In this document: positions 25,867 through 30,459 of the stretch, one piece after another | How positions within the stretch are numbered: position 1 is the first letter of the stretch | Layout: every line of letters starts with the position of its first letter | DNA from: Pseudonocardiales bacterium | GTDB lineage: Bacteria; Actinomycetota; Actinomycetes; Mycobacteriales; Jatrophihabitantaceae | DNA: 30,459 bases | Assembly (NCBI GenBank): GCA_032160565.1 | Contig: JAVHVL010000642.1 | Location: 1 to 30,459 of the forward strand | Reading direction: 5' to 3' | The notes under the pieces: generated by a model | Told to the model about the DNA's origin: nothing | The model's input: only the letters and a program-made list of their open reading frames with translations | Databases searched by the model: none | Program-made: the position numbers and the translations under genes

Positions 25867-26550
25867 TCAATCGGCGGCGCGCTCGGCTGGCTGTGGCAGG
25901 GGCTTCAGATGCTGGAGGAACCAATCCTTGGCCAGGCGGGCGACCTGCTGCAGCGTCCCCGGTTCCTCGAATAGGTGGGTCGCCCCGGGGACGATCTCCA
26001 GGCGTTTGGGGCCGCGCAGCTCCGTCATCGCCTTGCGGTTCAGCTCGATGACCTCCGGGTCGTTCCCTCCGACGATCAGCAGGGTGGGCTGGTGCACCAT
26101 TCGAAGGAAGTCCCCGGCCAGCTCGGGCCGGCCGCCACGAGAGACCACCGCCTGCACCGAGTCGGGCCGGTGCGCTGCGGCCACGAGCGCAGCGGCAGCA
26201 CCGGTGCTCGCGCCGAAGAGCCCGACCCCGAGACCGGATGTCGGCTCGTGCTCCACCACCCAGTCCGTCAGTGCGACGACTCGGACCGCGAGCAGCGGGA
26301 TGTTGAACCGAAGCTCCCCGCTCAGGTAGTCGCGCTGCTCCTCTCTGGCGGTGAGCAGATCGATGAGCGCGGTGGCCAACCCCGCGTCCTGCAGATCCTG
26401 GGCGATCAGGCGGTTGCGCGGGCTGTGCCGGCTACTGCCGCTGCCGTGGGCGAAGAGCACCAGTCCACGAGCCGGGTCCGGCACCATGATGTCGACCTCC
26501 AGCGACACCCCCGCAGCAGGGATCTGGATACTCTGTTGGACGGCGCTCAT
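25867..26550 (-). CDS. Dienelactone hydrolase family alpha/beta hydrolase
   Basis: FAHGSGSSRHSPRN, nucleophile elbow GASTG, SRGGRP, IVGGND and GATHLFEE; GGAGG SD. Confidence 0.92.
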   Translation of the reverse strand: MSAVQQSIQIPAAGVSLEVDIMVPDPARGLVLFAHGSGSSRHSPRNRLIAQDLQDAGLATALIDLLTAREEQRDYLSGELRFNIPLLAVRVVALTDWVVEHEPTSGLGVGLFGASTGAAAALVAAAHRPDSVQAVVSRGGRPELAGDFLRMVHQPTLLIVGGNDPEVIELNRKAMTELRGPKRLEIVPGATHLFEEPGTLQQVARLAKDWFLQHLKPLPQPAERAAD

Positions 26551-26781
26551 CGTTCCTCCATCGCACCCGCGACTGCCCTGGGGCCGGCCGCGATGCGAGC
26601 GCCCCGACGGTCACGGAAGACTCGATCGGGCATCGCTCCCCCCAACCGAAGAGCTCCCCATCCACGGTGCCTACGGCAACCGATGCATGCCTCGACCTAC
26701 GCGGGCAAATCGCCAGGACGACTTGCCCCCGCCAGGCCGATCGCGCCCGAACGCACCGTAGACGTTGCGGCAATCAGCGGC

Positions 26782-27033
26782 TCAGTGTTCGTCGACGTGG
26801 TCGCCGTGCTGGACGTGCCTGTGCCCGTCGTGCATGTGGTCTACGTGCTCGCCGTGCTGGACTTTCTGGCAACCGTCACCATCGCTGTGCGTTCCATCGT
26901 GGTCGGGATGGACGGCCTGCTCCGGATGGCGTTGCCCACCGTGGACGTGGTCGACGTGGTCACCGTGCGCGACGGTCTGGCAACCGTCGCCAGACAGGTG
27001 CTCGTGATCGGAGACCTCAGTGTGACTGGTCAT
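26782..27033 (-). CDS. Small His-rich two-repeat putative metal-binding protein
   Basis: 83 aa with 20 His and 2 Cys. Repeats GDGCQTVAHGDHVDHVHGGQRH and GDGCQKVQHGEHVDHMHDGHRH; GAGGA SD. Confidence 0.8.
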   Translation of the reverse strand: MTSHTEVSDHEHLSGDGCQTVAHGDHVDHVHGGQRHPEQAVHPDHDGTHSDGDGCQKVQHGEHVDHMHDGHRHVQHGDHVDEH

Positions 27034-27182
27034 GAGATTCCCGTCCTCTCTGGTCGTCCTACCACCAGGCTTGTCCCGGGTGCGGGTGATTGCAAGTGCC
27101 GACGACCTGACGTCTCAGGGGCTTCGGGCAGCAAATCCCCATCGTCGCCGACGCGCGGCGGGCCGAACGGGGCGATGCTGGA

Positions 27183-28655
27183 GTGATGGAGAATGTCCAG
27201 CTCGAGCGGGAGATCAAGTTCGCTGTCCCGGGCGACTTCGTAGTGCCGCAGCTGGCCGATCTACTTCCGAAGGGCGGCCGCATCGAGCAGTCCAGCGAAC
27301 AGTTGACAAGCGTGTACTACGACACGCCCGATGGGGCTCTGCTTGCCCTGGGCGTGACGTTGCGCCGGCGCACCGGAACGACCGACGAAGGCTGGCAGCT
27401 GAAGCTGCCCCGCAGGGGAGCACGCGAGGAGATCCACCTTCCCACTGAGGGCGATACCGTCCCGGAGGAGTTCCAGTCCGTGCTGTTCGGCGTGCGTCGC
27501 GGGCGCCCGCTACAGGAAGTAGCTCGAATGCGAACCGAGCGCACGGCCTACCGCCTGCTCGACGCCGAAGGACGACTGCTCGCCGAGGTTGCGCACGACC
27601 GCGTGCAGGCCTCCTCCGCGGGCGAGACCGCAACGACCAGCTCGTGGAGCGAGGTCGAGGTGGAGCTCGGCCAGGGCGATCAGAGGCTGATGAAAGCGAC
27701 CGGCAAGCGCCTGAAGCACGCGGGAGCGAAGGCATCGATGCACGCCGCCAAGCTCGCGCGGGCCCTTGGCGGCGCGCGGCACGTGCCCGCTGCGGACCGC
27801 CCGACGGTTACCTCGGTGGTCGCGGCGTACATCGAGAAGCAGCACAAGGCCATGTTCATTGGAGACATCGAGCTACGCCGCAGCCCGGACGACGAGGAGG
27901 TCGTGCACGAGACGCGGGTGGCCACCCGCAGGTTCCGCAGCACACTGCGCACGTTCCGAGATCTCTTCGACCGCGACCGCAGTGTCGAACTCGACGAAGA
28001 ACTCCGATGGTGGGCCGGTCTGCTCGGCGATATCCGCGACCGTCAGGTACTGCGCCGCCACCTCGACTCCATGATCGACGCCCTCCCGCAAACCGCTGTC
28101 CTGGGGCCGGTCCGTGCCACGGTCGACTCTCACCTTCTCGGTGAGCTCGAACGGCACTGGCAGTTGCTACGCGAGCAGATGACCAGCGACCGATACATCG
28201 CCATCCTCGATCTCTTGGCGGCATGGAACTCTGCGCCACCCTGGACAGACAAGGCCCACGGCCCGATCCGGGTGATCGTCGATGACCTCGCCCGCGCGAA
28301 GCGCGTCGTCGCCAAGCGTCTGAAGAGAGCACTTGCTCCGACCGGAACCGACGAAGCGCTTCATAGTGCCCGCAAGGCCGCCAAACGCGCGCGGTACGCC
28401 CATGAGTTGGCCGAACCTGTCATCGGTCACAACGCCGCCCGCAAGGGAGCCAAGCGCTACCAGACGCTCCAGGATCTGCTCGGTGAGCACCACGACAGCA
28501 TCGTTAGCGCCGAACTCCTCCGACAGCTGGGAACGCAAGCTGCCACGGACTCCGGCCAAACTGGATTTACGTTTGGGATTCTTTATCAGCGCGAACAACA
28601 GAACGCCCACACAGCCCGTGAGCAGGTAAGGCGGATAGCGAGCCGCTACTCGTAA
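27183..28655 (+). CDS. CYTH and CHAD domain-containing protein
   Basis: CYTH EREIKF, VYYDT, LRRRTG...GWQLKLP and EVEVEL. CHAD VHETRVATRRFRS, LHSARKAAKRARY and LQDLLGEHHD. Exact start is uncertain (GTG 27183 or ATG 27186). Confidence 0.92.
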   Translation: MMENVQLEREIKFAVPGDFVVPQLADLLPKGGRIEQSSEQLTSVYYDTPDGALLALGVTLRRRTGTTDEGWQLKLPRRGAREEIHLPTEGDTVPEEFQSVLFGVRRGRPLQEVARMRTERTAYRLLDAEGRLLAEVAHDRVQASSAGETATTSSWSEVEVELGQGDQRLMKATGKRLKHAGAKASMHAAKLARALGGARHVPAADRPTVTSVVAAYIEKQHKAMFIGDIELRRSPDDEEVVHETRVATRRFRSTLRTFRDLFDRDRSVELDEELRWWAGLLGDIRDRQVLRRHLDSMIDALPQTAVLGPVRATVDSHLLGELERHWQLLREQMTSDRYIAILDLLAAWNSAPPWTDKAHGPIRVIVDDLARAKRVVAKRLKRALAPTGTDEALHSARKAAKRARYAHELAEPVIGHNAARKGAKRYQTLQDLLGEHHDSIVSAELLRQLGTQAATDSGQTGFTFGILYQREQQNAHTAREQVRRIASRYS

Positions 28656-28747
28656 CAGCGGACGCCGACGGCCCGAACACGGCTTGGCTGATCATCAGGT
28701 GTGGCGGGTCAACCAGGTCCAATCGCAGCGCCGGAACGTCGCGCTGG

Positions 28748-28775
28748 CTGGTACAAACCAGTTTGCTATTGCAAA
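28748..28775. promoter_or_regulatory. Back-to-back palindromes CTGGT-N4-ACCAG and TTTGC-N4-GCAAA upstream of the winged-helix regulator
   Basis: 28748-28761 and 28762-28775, 10 bp before ATG 28785, in an AT-richer patch. Confidence 0.4.
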
Positions 28776-28883
28776 GCTAGTGGTATGGCAAAGCAGCAGG
28801 TCTCTGATGACGGCGACCCACGGGTGGAACTCTCGCGGGCGCGCGACCTGGCTCGCCGGGTGGCCCGAACTGCCCGACGCCGC

Positions 28884-29222
28884 ATGACCAACCACCCTGC
28901 CAACGGACTCGACGACGTAGTCCACCAGCGCGTTCGACTGGGCATCCTCACGATCGCGCACGAAGCACGCCGCGTCGAGTTCGGCTACCTTCGCACCAAC
29001 CTGGACCTGACGGCAGGCAATCAGTCGCAACACCTAACCGTGCTCGATAACGCCGGCCTGATCAGCATCGAGAAGGGCTACGAAGGCAAACGGGCCCGAA
29101 CCTGGGTCAGCCTCACCCCGGCCGGCAACACCGCCCTACGCGACGAGATCGCCCAGCTCAAACGCCTGATCAACCAGATCGACCGAAACGACAAGCGCCG
29201 AAAGCGCGAACAGCCGACCTGA
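28884..29222 (+). CDS. Winged-helix (MarR/ArsR-like, HTH_34-type) transcriptional regulator
   Basis: LDDVVHQRVRLGIL...VEFGYLR..LDLTAGN.S.HL..L...GLI.IEKGYEGKRARTWVSLTPAG. An in-frame upstream ATG at 28785 is an alternative start. Confidence 0.85.
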   Translation: MTNHPANGLDDVVHQRVRLGILTIAHEARRVEFGYLRTNLDLTAGNQSQHLTVLDNAGLISIEKGYEGKRARTWVSLTPAGNTALRDEIAQLKRLINQIDRNDKRRKREQPT

Positions 29223-29496
29223 CGCAATGCGACCGGGCCCTGCACACCGCCACCTCGACCGCGTCCTGGAACGCGCGGACACCCCCGGGACCGAGTGCGT
29301 TCCGCGTGGCGTTCGAACTGTCGACCTGGGCGATCATCGTCGCTCCGCGACATGCTGACCGCGCATCTGAACCTGTATATGGCCGGCTCGGCCCGTCAGT
29401 TGGCGGGCTAGTGGGCTTCGCGGTAACGCCGGCTCAGCCGAGGAGCGCGCCAACCGTGGAGACCACGATGTCGTCTGCAGGCACCAGGATTGCGCT

Positions 29497-30459
29497 GTGG
29501 ACACTTTCGACGTCATCGTGATCGGCGGCGGCATGGCCGGCGTCTCGATCGGTTTCGAACTCGCCGCTGATCGGCGGGTGTTGCTCCTCGACATGGAGTC
29601 GACGCTCGCCTACCACACGACCGGTCGCTCAGCCGCCATGTTCCTGGAGAGCTACGGCGGCCCGGCGATCCGCGCGCTCACGACCGCCAGCCGGCGGTTT
29701 CTCGAAGAGCGAGGGGTGGTGTCGCCGCTGCCGATGCTGCACATCGGGCGGCGCGGCCGAGGCGCGGCCGTCGAGCAGCTCTTCGACGCCGTGCGAGTTC
29801 TCCTCCCGGAGGTGGAGTTGCTGGATCCGGAGCAGGCGGTGCGGGTACAGCCGCTGCTGCGTCCTGGCGCGGTCGACCGGGCGTTGCTGGAGCCGGGCGC
29901 GATGGAGATCGACGTGAACGGCCTGCACCAGTACTACGTGCGCGGGCTGCGGGAACGCGGCGGACAGATCACGACCGGTGCGCACGTCGAGGCGGCCGAG
30001 CTGCGGCAGGGCACCTGGCAGCTGCAAAGTGCGGACGCGGGCTGGCAGGCGCCGGTAGTCGTCAACGCTGCCGGTGCGTGGGCGGACGTGCTCGCCCATC
30101 GGTGCGGTGCGACTCCGGTCGGACTCCAGGTGCTCAGGCGCACAGCCTTCATGGTCGACGCCCCGCCCGTCGCGCACGCGCCGATGATCGCCGACATCGA
30201 CGACGCCTTCTACATCAAACCCGATGCGGGGCAGCTGCTCTGCTCGCCCGCCGACGAAACCCCGCAGCAGCCGGGTGACGCACGCCCAGACGAGTGGCAG
30301 ATCGCCCGCGCGATCGATGTGATCAACGAGGTCACCACGCTCGCGATCCGGCATGTCCGATCCCGCTGGGCGGGGCTGCGCAACTTCGTCGACGACCGCT
30401 CCCCCGTGGTCGGCTTCGACCCCGAGCGGCCAGGATTCTTCTGGTTCGCCGCGCAGGGC
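29497..30459 (+). CDS. FAD-dependent oxidoreductase, DAO/D-amino acid dehydrogenase family (partial, 3' end outside window; absent from the ORF track)
   Basis: My translation from GTG 29497: DVIVIGGGMAGVS (Rossmann), YHTTGRSAA, VVNAAGAWAD, RRTAF, FYIKPDAG, WAGLRNF and PVVGFDP...GFFWFAAQG, open to the window end. AGGA SD upstream. Confidence 0.92.
   Translation, partial: MDTFDVIVIGGGMAGVSIGFELAADRRVLLLDMESTLAYHTTGRSAAMFLESYGGPAIRALTTASRRFLEERGVVSPLPMLHIGRRGRGAAVEQLFDAVRVLLPEVELLDPEQAVRVQPLLRPGAVDRALLEPGAMEIDVNGLHQYYVRGLRERGGQITTGAHVEAAELRQGTWQLQSADAGWQAPVVVNAAGAWADVLAHRCGATPVGLQVLRRTAFMVDAPPVAHAPMIADIDDAFYIKPDAGQLLCSPADETPQQPGDARPDEWQIARAIDVINEVTTLAIRHVRSRWAGLRNFVDDRSPVVGFDPERPGFFWFAAQG

Noticed and set aside
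26782-27033. Repeated DNA units that could suggest a CRISPR or tandem-repeat array
   Set aside because: Only two degenerate copies, fully explained by the protein repeat; there are no spacers or cas genes.
25975-27186. 403-aa plus-strand ORF
   Set aside because: Antisense to the hydrolase and His-rich genes. Its hydrophobic VVDVV stretch is simply the reverse complement of the His/Asp repeats.
28689-28699. GATCATCAGGT shared with the minus strand of the merR upstream region
   Set aside because: A single 11-mer match is expected many times by chance in 30 kb and has no positional support.
29223-29496. Possible gene remnant between the winged-helix regulator and the oxidoreductase (e.g. MLTAHLNLYMAGSARQLAG)
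   Set aside because: Short, no SD, and no motif I can recognise.

Overview
High-GC actinobacterial accessory region with about 25 genes. I found no rRNA, tRNA, CRISPR array or transposase. From left to right: (1) the tail of a mycobacterial-type CO dehydrogenase (cox/cut) accessory cluster (YHS-domain tail, an internally deleted MocA-like gene, coxD, an internally deleted coxG, coxE) with a convergent CutR/Rv0377-like LysR regulator; (2) a TerC/Alx - PucR/CdaR regulator - zf-TFIIB module carrying two related TTGC-N9-GCA boxes; (3) a NarL-type two-component system converging on an operon of two different CzcA/CusA-like RND permeases plus a secreted protein, where the first permease is fused through an internal lipobox to a minimal adaptor domain; (4) a REC-EAL protein translationally coupled to a hybrid histidine kinase; (5) a stress module (HspR-like MerR, DoxX, Hsp20, amylo-alpha-1,6-glucosidase, GT4) in which the merR and hsp20 promoters share a 16-bp box; (6) a dienelactone-hydrolase-family gene, a His-rich mini-protein, a CYTH-CHAD protein, a winged-helix regulator and a FAD-dependent oxidoreductase cut by the window end. 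The best candidate for an undescribed system is the monoderm two-permease RND module. All family assignments come from motif recognition by eye; no database search was run.
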